A DNA stretch of 64,000 nt from Epiperipatus broadwayi. Lineage: Eukaryota > Animalia > Onychophora. A program made the translations under genes and the position numbers. The number at the start of each line of letters is the position of its first letter. The stretch's first letter is position 1. The notes beneath the pieces were generated by a model, which had not been told where the DNA came from, searched no databases, and worked only from the letters and a program-made list of their open reading frames with translations. The stretch lies in the NCBI GenBank assembly GCA_028023455.1, contig JAQFVV010000001.1, forward strand, positions 7,316,001 through 7,380,000. The letters run 5' to 3'. Shown piece after piece: positions 26,269-38,407 of the stretch.

Positions 26269-27669
26269 GTAAATATAATTGTATACAAATGTAAAAAAAA
26301 TACAAACTCACTGTAATAAATAATCACATTTATTTTTGTGCATAAATAAAAAATAAATGCAGTTTACTTCCACATGATACCAATAAATTGTAATGCAGTT
26401 TAGTATTAATTAATAATATTAACATATATATTGTAGATTTATATTTAGTCTCTAAGGGGTTAAATATAATAGATAGTATTTAAAAAAAAATTTCTTATTC
26501 AAATAAATATAACCCTTTAATAAATAAACTTTACTATTTCTAAGCTATGTAAAATCTTAACTATGCACCCTAAAGTATTAATAAATATCTTTGTTAAATA
26601 TATTTAAATAATTACTAAAAGAATATCAATTAATTGGTTTAATAATTATTAAAGTTACAATTGGATAAATTAAACTTAAATAAATGTTAGTTTAAATTGT
26701 GCTATGTTTTGAGTTAGTTGAAGGGGATAAAGTTTTTGGTTTGCTATCTTTTAAAATATTACTTATTAATCAGTGTTAAAATGCATTTAAATTAGTAGTT
26801 ACTGAAGCATCAATTAATTCATGTAATATCTATTTGAAATTAGAATTTAATAGGTTTAACTTAAGTAAAGTTAGTTTGAAATGGGTTTTATCTTAAATGA
26901 ATTTCAGCAAGTATTTTGCTGTCTTTTAAAATATTAATTATTAACATGCAATAAATGTCATAGTTTCTTTAATCATTTTTCAGTATACATGTGTGTGAAT
27001 ATCTGTGCATGGGTGTTAAAGGGATTGTTTAAAAGTGTTAATTATCTTTAAAAATAATATATTGTATAAATGGTATTTTAATATTAAATAGTGTAACGAT
27101 AATCTCTTAAGAACTCTTAAAAAAAGTAAAAAATATTTATTTTAAATAAAGATATTGCTTTAAATTAAATAAATGATTTATTAAAGTTGTATTAAACATT
27201 GTATATGAGAGTTCATTTCAAAAGTAATATTAAATTTGCTTATTCACTTTATGTATCATTTATCTAACACCAGCATTATTTTAAAATAAATATATTGATT
27301 TATCTTTATTACAGTTATGCTTAATGATGTAGTGGGTAGCATAAAAGTACCTTTCTATTTGCTGCATTATTATATTTTTTCATTGCTTGGTACAAACTCA
27401 TACATGGAGATATTAGAATTAGATGTAGGTTGTATGAAGATGAATATTCATATGAGAAGAATTTTAAATGTTTGAAGAGTATTTTATTGCTAGCCAGATG
27501 GTTATCTGAAGTATTCGGATACATAAGTATTGTACACAGGATTAGAAGAAAAATAAAATATTTAATGTACAGGAACTTAAATGATTATTACATTAATTAG
27601 TGTTCAAGTGTTTAGTAAAATAATTATTTCTTGTATCAAATACAAACATAAATCCTGAGATATAGATAA

Positions 27670-27755
27670 AATAAGAACCTAGTATGCAGATTTAAATTTA
27701 ATAAGAACCTGAGATTTCAATAAGAACCTCAGATAAGATTTAATAAGAACCTGAT
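27670..27755. repeat. Short degenerate tandem repeat of AATAAGAACCT (4 copies)
   Basis: Four aataagaacct cores separated by variable spacers. Confidence 0.6.
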
Positions 27756-28453
27756 ATTTTATTATTTGTGTTTATATTATATTTTGTCTATAAGAGGACT
27801 CATTCTCTGTGGTGTGTAAAAATTCATAGAAATTATGGTACTGGCCAGTGTGATCTCTCTCCTCTTTTGAGGATTACAATACATATACTAATAGTTGTAT
27901 CAAAAGAAACAATTTTATAAAAACCCTATAAATTAGTTTATAAATAACAGATTGCAACTTATTATTTACCATGCTAGGTCTGGTTTATTACGATTTTTTA
28001 GTCCAAATTAGAAATTATTGATTAAAACTATTTAGCCAGAGGCAGGTAAGGAGAGAACTGCAGCAGTTTTAAAAAATTCTCCATGAAAAACATCATGTCA
28101 TTATTAAAATAATGGTCGATGGAATTATATTTATGATAGTCACTATAATAATAGCTTGCGGTTTAAGGTTAATATATTTTTAAGTTGTGTGAATATGAAT
28201 GTTATTATCTAAACATATGTAGTATGATTATATTATTTTAAAATTTAGTTCATTAAGTCTAATGTGTAAATATTTCAATGCAAGTATATTTATATATGCT
28301 GTATATTTTTAATAAATGTTAAAATACTTAAACCAGAAAAATACATTAGTTTAAAATATCTTTATTCAAGCTAAATGATTTTGATACTTCAGGTATCATA
28401 ATCATAGCTTTATGAATTAATCTTGCTAATTTTGTTGTTATATGTACTTGCTT

Positions 28454-28568
28454 GTTTTTTTTTTTTTTTTAAGTGTCATAGCATCGGCCAGGACGCGAAC
28501 CTGCAACCCGGGCAACTGCCTGCAAGTGCAAGGCAGTCGCACTTACCTCTCGACCACCAATGCAAGAC
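28454..28568 (-). mobile_element. tRNA-Gly-derived short SINE, copy 1
   Basis: Minus strand GCATTGGTGGTCGAGAGGT...GGTTCGCGTCCTGGCCGATGC plus poly(A). 12-bp TSD ATGTACTTGCTT (28442-53, 28569-80). Homologous to 54431-54533. Confidence 0.85.
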
Positions 28569-29930
28569 ATGTACTTGCTTTTTGTTTGTAAAATTTACAT
28601 AAAATTAAAATTTCTTATTTTTATCCAAATTTATATAAATGTTCTTAGAGGACATTTTTTAGATAAAGGGATGCTGGCTTCTTTTTTATTTATAGCCATT
28701 TGTCTTTGACTATAGTTCATGTCTCTTTAATCTCTCTCTTTCTATCATTTCTTTTAGTGTACACAATATCAATTTTGGAGAGATCAAATTCAAGTATTAA
28801 AATAATATAGAATTGTTAATAAAAATTATTTAATTAATGACTGATGGAACTTGCAGGATTTATTAGCTGAGCAAATGGTAATCAAAAATATTCTGAATGG
28901 TCAAGTTAAAGATTGAGTTAGATTTATTAAGATTTTATATATATAAATCACTTCACAATAACCAAAACTTAAATAAGCTAATAGAATATCAACAATTTTT
29001 TATTAAAGTAACCTTAATAGATAATAGATGATTATTGAGATTATCTTAAAAGATTGTTAATATTCTAGTGGTTTATTTAAGCTTTTTGCTGTTGTGAGAT
29101 GATTTAGATATGGAAATCAGTTATCTATTGGCAATTTATAGTTTAATATATCTATCTATACATATATATATATACAATAAAACTCAGTTAACTAAATTGG
29201 AATTTTTTAAAATTTTTCTTAGCTAGGGCTGATTCAAATATCATTAGCGTTTGAATGCACTAAATTTTCTAAGTTTTTCTTTTATATATACTGATTTCAG
29301 ATTATCCTTGATTTTATATCAAAAGAAAAGATCAATTAATCGAGAAACAATTAATTGTATACTTATTGGAAGATATCATAATACAAAAAAGAGAGGTTTG
29401 ATATTACATATATACTTAAAAAAAGAATATTCCACAAAATGTGCAAACTATTTTATCTTATATATCATATGTAATTAATTAGTTTATGCTGAAGATTACA
29501 TTAAAAAAAAAGTAGCTAAAATGCTATAGTTTGAAATATGCACACTGAACAATCAAAAAAAAAAAAAAATTGAAAAAAGCAACATAGAAATACATGTATA
29601 TTGACACTAACAAAGGCTATGATTGATTTAGATCCTGCTAAAGTGTAGAATCTTTTTAGAAAAATTGATAAAAAAGTAAATATTGTTTTTATGAGAAATA
29701 TATATTTGAGATTAGAAGCTACAATTGAAATAAGTCATCATTGAACAAACTGGCTAAGGAATTATTGGGATTATGTAATACCACTGAATTTACTCAACCG
29801 GGGCTTATCTGGAGGATTAAGGACTGCCAAAAGAAACAACATTCTTCATTCATTAATAATATCGTATATATAAAGAAAATCTGAACAAAATGGGAGTAAA
29901 TAAAAAGGCAAAAACTTGCATATCTAAAAC

Positions 29931-30480
29931 ATGCTTTAAAATTATTAGTGAAGGCTTCAAAGCTGAAGGTAGTTTTTATCCCTTTGATTATTCATCTACA
30001 AATAAAGGATTCAGAAGATAAGGTCTTTAAATGTATAAGCATGTCTTTAAAAGGAAAAATTAAAATAATTTGAGCATTTCTATTTTTTGTAATTCTATAT
30101 TGATATGAAGAATGGACAATAAAGAGGCAGGATAGAAAAATAATATTGACAATTTTAAAAATATTTAAAGCAGGCAATTAGTTATATGGTGAAATTAGGT
30201 TTGAAGCACAGCATGTTTTAAAATTATTAGTGAAGGCATCAAACCTGAAGATAGTTTTATTGCTTTGATTATTCATCTATAAATAAAAAATTCAAAAGCA
30301 AGATTTTTAAATGTATGAACATGCCTTTAAATGTAAAAATTAAAATGATTTGATTAGTTCTATTTTTGTAACTATATTGATATGAAGAATGGATAGTAAA
30401 GAAGTAGGATAGAAAAGCTATTGTTGCCTGAAATCTCAGTTGATAGTCTTAAAGATATTTAGAGCAAATAATCAATAAGT
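29931..30480. repeat. Diverged tandem duplication of a ~282-bp unit
   Basis: atg(c/t)tttaaaattattagtgaaggc...gattattcatcta...tattgatatgaagaatgga repeats from 29931 and 30213. Confidence 0.75.
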
Positions 30481-31200
30481 GAAATGGATTTAAAATACTA
30501 ATGCCATTTGGAAGTAAGAATGACTAAATCTATAGCCAGAGCTAAACTTCTGTAGGAAAAACAAAACAAACAAACAAACAAAAGAACTTTAGGTAGAATA
30601 AATAAAATAATTATTCAACAAAAAGCTCAAAAAAAAATATTATAGTGAATTTGATTATGATTTTTGTGGAAAGTGAAGACTATCACAAAGGTTATGACAA
30701 AGACACTTTAAACAGATGCATTATTAAATGCTTTGATTTGTAGGAGATGATTGAAAATAAATACAATGGACACCAATAATTAGGAAAAGTACTGAGCCTT
30801 TCAAAAATAAAAGTTTATAGCAGAAAAAGTTAAAAAACATTATAGTAAGATGTCAGATAGACATATTATAAGACTAGCTTGGTTAGTATGGGTATATATT
30901 TCTGGGTTTATAAATTAATTTGCATAATTATCACAAAACGTTTTAAATCTGTTTTGTCTTTTTTTTTTCTTCATGAAGTTAGAATAGCCACACTAATTTA
31001 CGCGTATGTTAATGATAATGATTATATATATATTCAAAATGTTTAACTAATTATCTCAGCCAAATGTATTTCTTTATTTGCCTTACATTATTTTAAAATT
31101 AAAATAAAAGGGGAAAGTGAATCGTAAATAAAATTGATTTTTTTAAAAACATAAAATAAGCATTTATTTTATATAGTGCTATGTTTATAATTGTAATATA

Positions 31201-31294
31201 TTTATAGATCAGCCTTTCAAGCTATTGTGCATGCGCTTATTATTAACACTCGTAAAAAGCGCATGCACAATAGCTTGAAAGGCTGATCTTTAAA
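31201..31294. repeat. Perfect 33-bp hairpin / micro-MITE
   Basis: AGATCAGCCTTTCAAGCTATTGTGCATGCGCTT (31206-38) and its reverse complement (31257-89), 18-nt spacer. Confidence 0.85.
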
Positions 31295-32419
31295 TGTATT
31301 AAAAACATAAAAGAAAATTAAAATAGTTATTTTAACACATAATATATATAATTGCACAGATGGAAAACTATTAAAAAAATTATTTAAAAGAAAGTTAAAA
31401 AAAAAAAGTAACATCTAAAGATTAGTATTTTTGTTAAAAATTAATATAAAAGAAAGTTTCTATTTTAAAGAATCGTGTTTAAATCTTAGTGAAAGGAAAT
31501 TATTGTTCTATTAATTGGATCTTAAGCAAATGAGCCCTTGGGCACTTTGTAATGTAAAGATCAGATAAGAGATAAAAATTAAGGATTGTGTTTTCCCGTT
31601 CTGAAGAAGATCGACCAATGCAAGCATCAAACCACGAATGGGCCAGAAAGGAAAACATCAGAAACAATAAGAAAGAAAAAAAATGTCATGTGCAATCAAT
31701 CAGAAGAGTTTGTGATAAGAGAGGCTAAAAATGATAAAAAATGGAAATATCAAATTATTACAGCCTTTTTACTCACTTAGAAAATGAAGTAACTGTTGAC
31801 TCTTGAACTGCATTGCGGACCCCAAAATATGTGGGTCTCGCAATGAATTAATTTTTTGTTATGCACCAGATGAGGCGGCCTCCAAATTGATGATTATTGA
31901 AGGCAACAAACAACAGACCGGTCTTTGCAGAAATGATATAAATATTAAATGGATTTCGGTTGGATAGGTATGATGCACCATGGACAAGATGGACTTCAAA
32001 GCTACCATGGAAAGTGTGAACTTTTGTTTAGCTAAATTGAAATAGGAACTGTAAAAAATTGTAAATTATTAGAGAAAAGCTACCATGGAGAAATTAAAAC
32101 CACATTTATTACTAAATTGAAATAGGAACTGTAAAAAATTTAAAATAATTAAGAACTTTCAAATATGTAAATTTCTAAAAAAAAATCTCGTCTGACTAAG
32201 TGTAGATTTAAATTAGTCATATTCTCCCAATATGTTTGCTAATCAATCATTTCCATTTTTTTTTCATTTCTAATTATTTTTTTTTTTTATGTATTAATTA
32301 AATTATTAACTTATGATAAATTTAAGTTGGGTATAGATGGCTGCATAGATTCATTATGTTTATGTTAGTTTAAGGAAGTTAATTTCAGACTATCTGTCTC
32401 ATAGTTGAATTAAGGTTGG

Positions 32420-32780
32420 TGGAGGGATGTATGGGTGTTTCATGTCAGTGTAATATTAAGTGCGTTAGCATATAGGGCTTAGTATCCCAACTGAATGCAT
32501 GGCCAAAAAGTGTGGCCATCACATTGCCAATGGACACAGATATCCCTGTGCCTTGGATTCTTCTCGCTCTATGGATTGGGACTATAAGACAGCAAAGACA
32601 GCTCTCCCTCCATACAGAGCACTTCATATTCTTCATATTAAATGATTACTTAACTCATCAGATAGATGCTCATTCCTGTCATTATGGTTTTATGCTCACA
32701 TGTTGCATTGATCACATCGATATATCATTAAGCTGGCTTTGGTTTAGCTGTGAACTTATAGCCTGGAGTTAAAAGAGTAG
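32420..32780 (-). mobile_element. Possible decayed non-LTR retrotransposon RNase H fragment
   Basis: Frameshifted PRHRDI...GNVMATLFG loosely resembles the RNase H W.PGH..I.GNE.AD.LAK motif. GC is elevated. Weak call. Confidence 0.3.
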
Positions 32781-34837
32781 AGTTAGTCAAGCACGTAGTC
32801 TGCGTAGCCTATCTATACCTAACATTCTAATATATTAAATTGTATAAACTGTCCATTTGTGTGGACTTACTAAAGTTTAAAATAATAACAAATTTAAGTA
32901 ATATTAAAGAATTTATTATTCAAATTTATATATGTGCATAAATAAATGTTTGTGTGATTATAACTGGCAGTGGCTTATTTTATTATCTTTTTTTCTTTAT
33001 TAAAAATGTGTTTAAAAGTATATATCATTAAATCTCAGCTACTTCTTGAGCTTAGTGACTAGGGCATATCAGTCGAATAAAAATGAAATCTTACAAAGAA
33101 GTATCTGCCCATATAAATTTTCCATGTTCAAATGGCCTGGTGGAGCCCTATATGGCAGATAGATTAAGAGTCTCTTCCACGACCATTATAATATATTTTT
33201 CTTAACATTAATAAAAAACAACAACTTAAGAACCTATAAAAGATTCATTTTTGATGATCAGTATTTTGAGTCATTAAATATATGTTGGCTTAATTAAATA
33301 AAATTTATAATATATATCTGATAATAGTATACATGGTATTACATTTACATATTTAACATTTTAGATATAAACTAGCTTTTTAAACCTTTCTCTATCTGAT
33401 CACAAGGGTTATTACTATAGGGTGTAACAACCTAACTTGTTTCATACAACAGTTTTACATGACTAAAAATGTACAACAGAAGGTTCAATTGCAGTATTCT
33501 CTTATTATATTTCATTATCTGTGCCAGAAAATTTGAACCATGTTATTTTTCAGTATTAGCATATATTTGTAGATGGCTAACACCTAAATACGTAATCATA
33601 GGGCACTTTTAACTAATGAAAATCCATTATTTGCCACATATGACTTTTTCAATTTTTTAATTCTAACTTAAATTTGAGAGGAAAAAAATTCATGAAGAAT
33701 ATTATTAATTTATACTCTTTAATTGGACAATTATTATACATTGGTCAAACAAAAATATGCCGAAAATTATAATTTGTATAATGCATGGATGCTGCAATAA
33801 AAGTATGCCATTTACATTAACATATTTCATTGCAATTCCTACTGTTTAATAAACAGAGCAAAAAATTTAAATTTTATACCTTATTTTTCACTTATTTAAA
33901 AATTAGAATGTATATCAGAAATCGTGCAAGTAACAGTGTTATCGAGCAAAAGCATCATGTTAATAGATTACAAAAAGTTGAATTGTTTAAAAATTAAATG
34001 AAATGTTTTCCATATATAACTGTTTGAATTATACTGATTAACCTACTGTTTATAATATAAAAAAAGTTGAAAATAGAATAAGACATTTATTATTAAATTA
34101 ATTAAATTGTTGGGAAATTTAATTAGAAATTAACATGAACTTATTTAATGCAAGAAAAATTGCATCAGAAGAAAGCAAAACACATAAAACAGTTTTAATT
34201 TGATGAATTGTTTACTAAATGATAAAGCATCATTTTTCATAAATAAGTATACACTAAAAATTAAATTTAATGTTTCTTTACAATTAATCATCTTTTTGAT
34301 GCAATTTTTTAAAATAAATATTTAATTATAATGAATACTGAGCAATGATTTATGGAAACTATTCATAATCACTAAATAGGACAAAATTTTTTTAAATTTA
34401 ATGTTAATATTTTTTTAATTTGCAAATCTGTGTGGATCACACTAATATTGGTTCGATATCCGTTTATGAAGTATTTCCGATAATAATGAAGAAATAACAT
34501 TTTTTGTATTTGAGAGTAAACAATAACTATTTTTTAAATTAATAATCTTTAGGTAATGTTTATTAATAAATTACTATTTAACTTTGTTTATTAATATGAA
34601 TAAAATTCTATTGAAGCATCATTTATTAATATAGTTATAGAAAGAATACTTTTTTTTTTAAAGATAGTAATCTTTTTTTAAACATTATTTGATAAATTTC
34701 TTTGTAATTGTTGTTCACTTAATAAATTATTATACTCATTTTTCTTTTTTGCCATTTACTACCTAGTTATTTAAAAAAACATTGGATATTTTCTATATAG
34801 TGAAGCTGCTGCCTCAAATCCACTGATTCCCCTATCT

Positions 34838-35200
34838 CAGGGATCCCCAACCCTATGCCTGCAGGCACCATGGCACCCGCAGACCATTTTACGTGTGCCC
34901 GCTGCTATCCGAACACGATAAAAAATTATTTATCTGATACAAATAAATTTAATTTTTAAAATTTCTTATAAATTATTGTATTGTAATCAAATTGTAGGGC
35001 ATACTATACTTTTACAGTGTAAAAATATAAACATTAATTATATGTTAAAATTTTATTTTTGAAATAAATATTTTTTTGTACATTATGTATATTATTATCA
35101 ATATCCAACTATAAATTTACATTGAAAAAATAAATGGTGCCCACCACCTGGCCGGTATTATAAAATGTGCTCTTAAGTGCAAAAAGGTTGGGGACCCCTG
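34838..35200. mobile_element. hAT (Charlie-like) MITE
   Basis: TIRs CAGGGATCCCCAACC / GGTTGGGGACCCCTG. Perfect 8-bp TSD CCCTATCT (34830-37, 35201-08). 363 bp, non-coding. Confidence 0.9.
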
Positions 35201-35337
35201 CCCTATCTGCTATCTGAAAAAACAGAAATAAAAAAATCAAATTTTAATTTTCTAGTGCACATTGCAATTGTTATGCACAAAACTAATTTATGTAAAGCAT
35301 AGCTGCTGTTATAAGAATATGCTATTTATATTATTTT

Positions 35338-35687
35338 ATTAAATCATTTATGCTCTTTTTTATTGCTTTACAATACTTGACAGTTTCAATTGCCCCAGAA
35401 ATCTTCTTCAGAACTTCTATTTATAATTCCAAACCTTAACTGCTAAATTCAAACTCAAAATTTTATAGTTATTCCAAACTTTTACTGCTAAATTCAAACT
35501 TTAAATTTTACAGTTATAACTGTAAAATTTAGAGTGTAACTGTAAAATTTTGAGTTTGAATTTAGCAGTTAAGGTTTGGAATTATAAATAGAAGTTCTGA
35601 AGTAGATTGCTGGGGCAATCAAAACTGTCATAGGGGAATGTAATAAAAACATTGTAAAGCAGTAATAAAGAGCATAGATGATTTAAT
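35338..35687. repeat. Foldback element, ~350-bp imperfect palindrome with internal subrepeats
   Basis: 60-bp perfect arms at 35406-35465 and 35542-35601, with imperfect pairing out to 35338/35687. Internal repeats of ttccaaac...actgctaaattcaaact. Confidence 0.85.
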
Positions 35688-38384
35688 ATTATATGGATTT
35701 GGTAATGAAATAAAAAAGATAGTTATATTATTTTCATTGCAATTGTAATATTTTAACACACAGAGCAAAACCTTTTAGTTTAATACTAGATTTTTTGCTT
35801 ATTTTATTTAAGTAGAGGAATTTGAATTCAGGATTTTTCAGTCTATGCAACCTCCACTCCATCTCAAGCAACCAATACACATAACTACACACATACAAAA
35901 AAGATATATGACTCCTAATATACGTATTTCATAAAGAGCCAGCACTCATCAGTTGGGCCAAATCATTATCTCTTACCCATCTATACAATACTTGCTCAGT
36001 TTATATTAAGATGGCAATTCCTCAAACTTTAATGGACAGGCTTTAATCTTCTCACCCTTCCTGCTATTCTACCCTCCATTTATTTGTTATGTTTAATAAA
36101 TCTTAGATTGTAATAGTGGTACTACCAAAACACAAATATCTCTTAATGAATTACAAAAATATTAAATTATTAAAAAAAAAAAAAGTTTTTTTTACACATA
36201 AACTATTTGAGTTGGGTAATACATCCATCACTGAATAAGCATTAATAACATAGTAAAAATTATACCAGAAGAGAACAAAACATATAAAATAATTTTAATT
36301 GCAGATCACTTTTTTTTTTTCTATTTTAAAAAAAACTTGTTAAAATGATTAATAATTTAATGTCACTTACATATTGTATCTTCTTATATTTTAAGGTCAG
36401 TTTTCAGTTTTTATGGTAAACAAGGAATAATTAGAAAAAGATTAAGAAGTTTATTATTTTTTTAAATATATATTATTTTTAAAAACATATTTTAATGTTA
36501 ATACATTAAAAGACAATAGTTATACTTATCTAGCTATGGAATATTTTAAATATTGTTATAATTTATTTTCATTAGTTAAAAATAGTATAAGTTGTGCCTA
36601 TTGTACAATATTTTTTTAGTTAATCATTTTTATGCAGTAATTTGTATATGTAAAATTTTAAATATTTGTAAATAAAAAAACACATTTGTGTTCAGTAAGA
36701 AATTACACATCAACACATAATGTTAATATTTCTAATTTTCCACCTTCAGTACAGCAGTAGAAAATTGAGTCTCACCTTTTCCCAGCTTGTCTAATATTAT
36801 AAACAGATAATATCTATGAAACAAATGCAAAATTTACATTCACTGAAACATTACAGCTCCACATTTGATTGGTCTAAGTTTATACTATCTTGGCAGAATA
36901 ATTGCTCACTTTAATCATCATGTAAACACAATACTATGCTTATAATCTATAATATATAGAAAACTCTAGGACTACAGAAATATTTTCTATTAATTATTTT
37001 TATTATATAAATTGTATATAATTTTAATGTTAAAATGTATCATAGTTGCACATGCATACTAATATTTTACTATATATATATAACATCAGTTATTATTTCT
37101 CTCTTCAAAATTCACATAGCCTTAAAAGAAATCGAGTATAGTGGATTTAATTGCTTCAGAAAAAAGCAATAACATTACATAGTCAATTAATAATAATAAT
37201 AATCAATAGTTTATTGCCCAGAAATTCACAAGAAGTTGAACACTGGAAGTGATAGATTTGGCTTGTTCATAGGTCTTGAGCCATTTATCATTACATCACA
37301 CTACACAAGGCAATAGCTCATTGTTATATCATGAGTTAAGGAATATTGAAGGAATGTAATAGTTAACTAAGTTATTGGGAGATTTTATACATTTTTTTTT
37401 TTAAATTTATCTAAGAAAACTAGATGGTTAATTAGCTTTGTTGCTTGAAATTTTTTAGTTGCACATAAAAATTGAACTCTAAATTAATGGCACTATATCC
37501 TAAGGTATTTCTGTTTTTTTTTTTTTTTTGCTGTAGAAATCTAAATTGAAATTATGGAAATGGAAGGGGAAGATAAATCTTGATATTTAATATACTGTTT
37601 GTAAATAAAAGGAATAAATGTATATAGAATTTGTTTTTTGTTTAAAATAAAAAAGAAGATACAAACTAACAATAGTATATTTTTAAGTGATCTTTTGATT
37701 ACATCAAAATTGCCAGGCTAAATTCTGGTGTGAAAATTTAGTATTTAAACCAAGATTGTTTTAAATTAAAAACATCTGTTAAATGCTAATTTCTAAAATT
37801 TTTTTTTTTTTTGTTGTTGTCTAATTAAGCTAAGAGTGATTACTTAAAAAAAAAAAAAAGCTAAATGAAACTCATTATTTTTTGAGCAAATATAAATTAA
37901 AATAATAAAGTTTTGAAAAAATATTTTGAATTGGTTTTTTAAATATATTTTGGCAATACTCAGAGAATCTATATTAATTTATTCCAATAGATGCATGGAA
38001 AACTTGGAAGTTAAGATAAATTCAAAATCATAATTGATCTTATCAGATAAAATATTGATATTCTTGAAATAATTTCATTTCTTTAATTGTCCTATCAATT
38101 GATAATATTATCTCAATATATAAATGACATTTATATATAGGTATTGAAAGCTAGCTATTACTCTTATAATCATATGTAGATAATCTTGAAGTAGTTTATT
38201 CCTTCATTTGTCTTATTGCCTCAAGTTATGTTATTTTTTTAAACAATGTATTATATTTATAAGCAGATATATAGATACCTGTATGTCTGTGTGTGTTTAT
38301 ATGCATTTTATACATAATCAATAAGTAAATGTTTGCACTTTTTTATTCATGCAATTGTTTCATGTAATTTTTTTTTTTTTTCAG

Positions 38385-38407
38385 TTCAACATCAAGTACA
38401 CAAAAAG
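38385..38407 (+). CDS. Host gene 23-nt micro-exon (SSTSSTQK)
   Basis: Long poly-T tract then tcAG acceptor; AAG|GTAATT donor. Phase 2 to 1 links 26268 to 47351 in frame. Confidence 0.65.

Noticed and set aside
28454-28568. Functional tRNA gene (also 54431-54533 and 18567-18709)
   Set aside because: Distorted anticodon arms, extra sequence, poly(A) or T tails and TSDs indicate retroposed SINEs or pseudogenes.
31586-31960. CTGAAGAAG word, a small hairpin at about 31810-31842 and a 64-aa ORF
   Set aside because: No GAAA/helix arrangement for a hammerhead, and the ORF has no recognisable domain.
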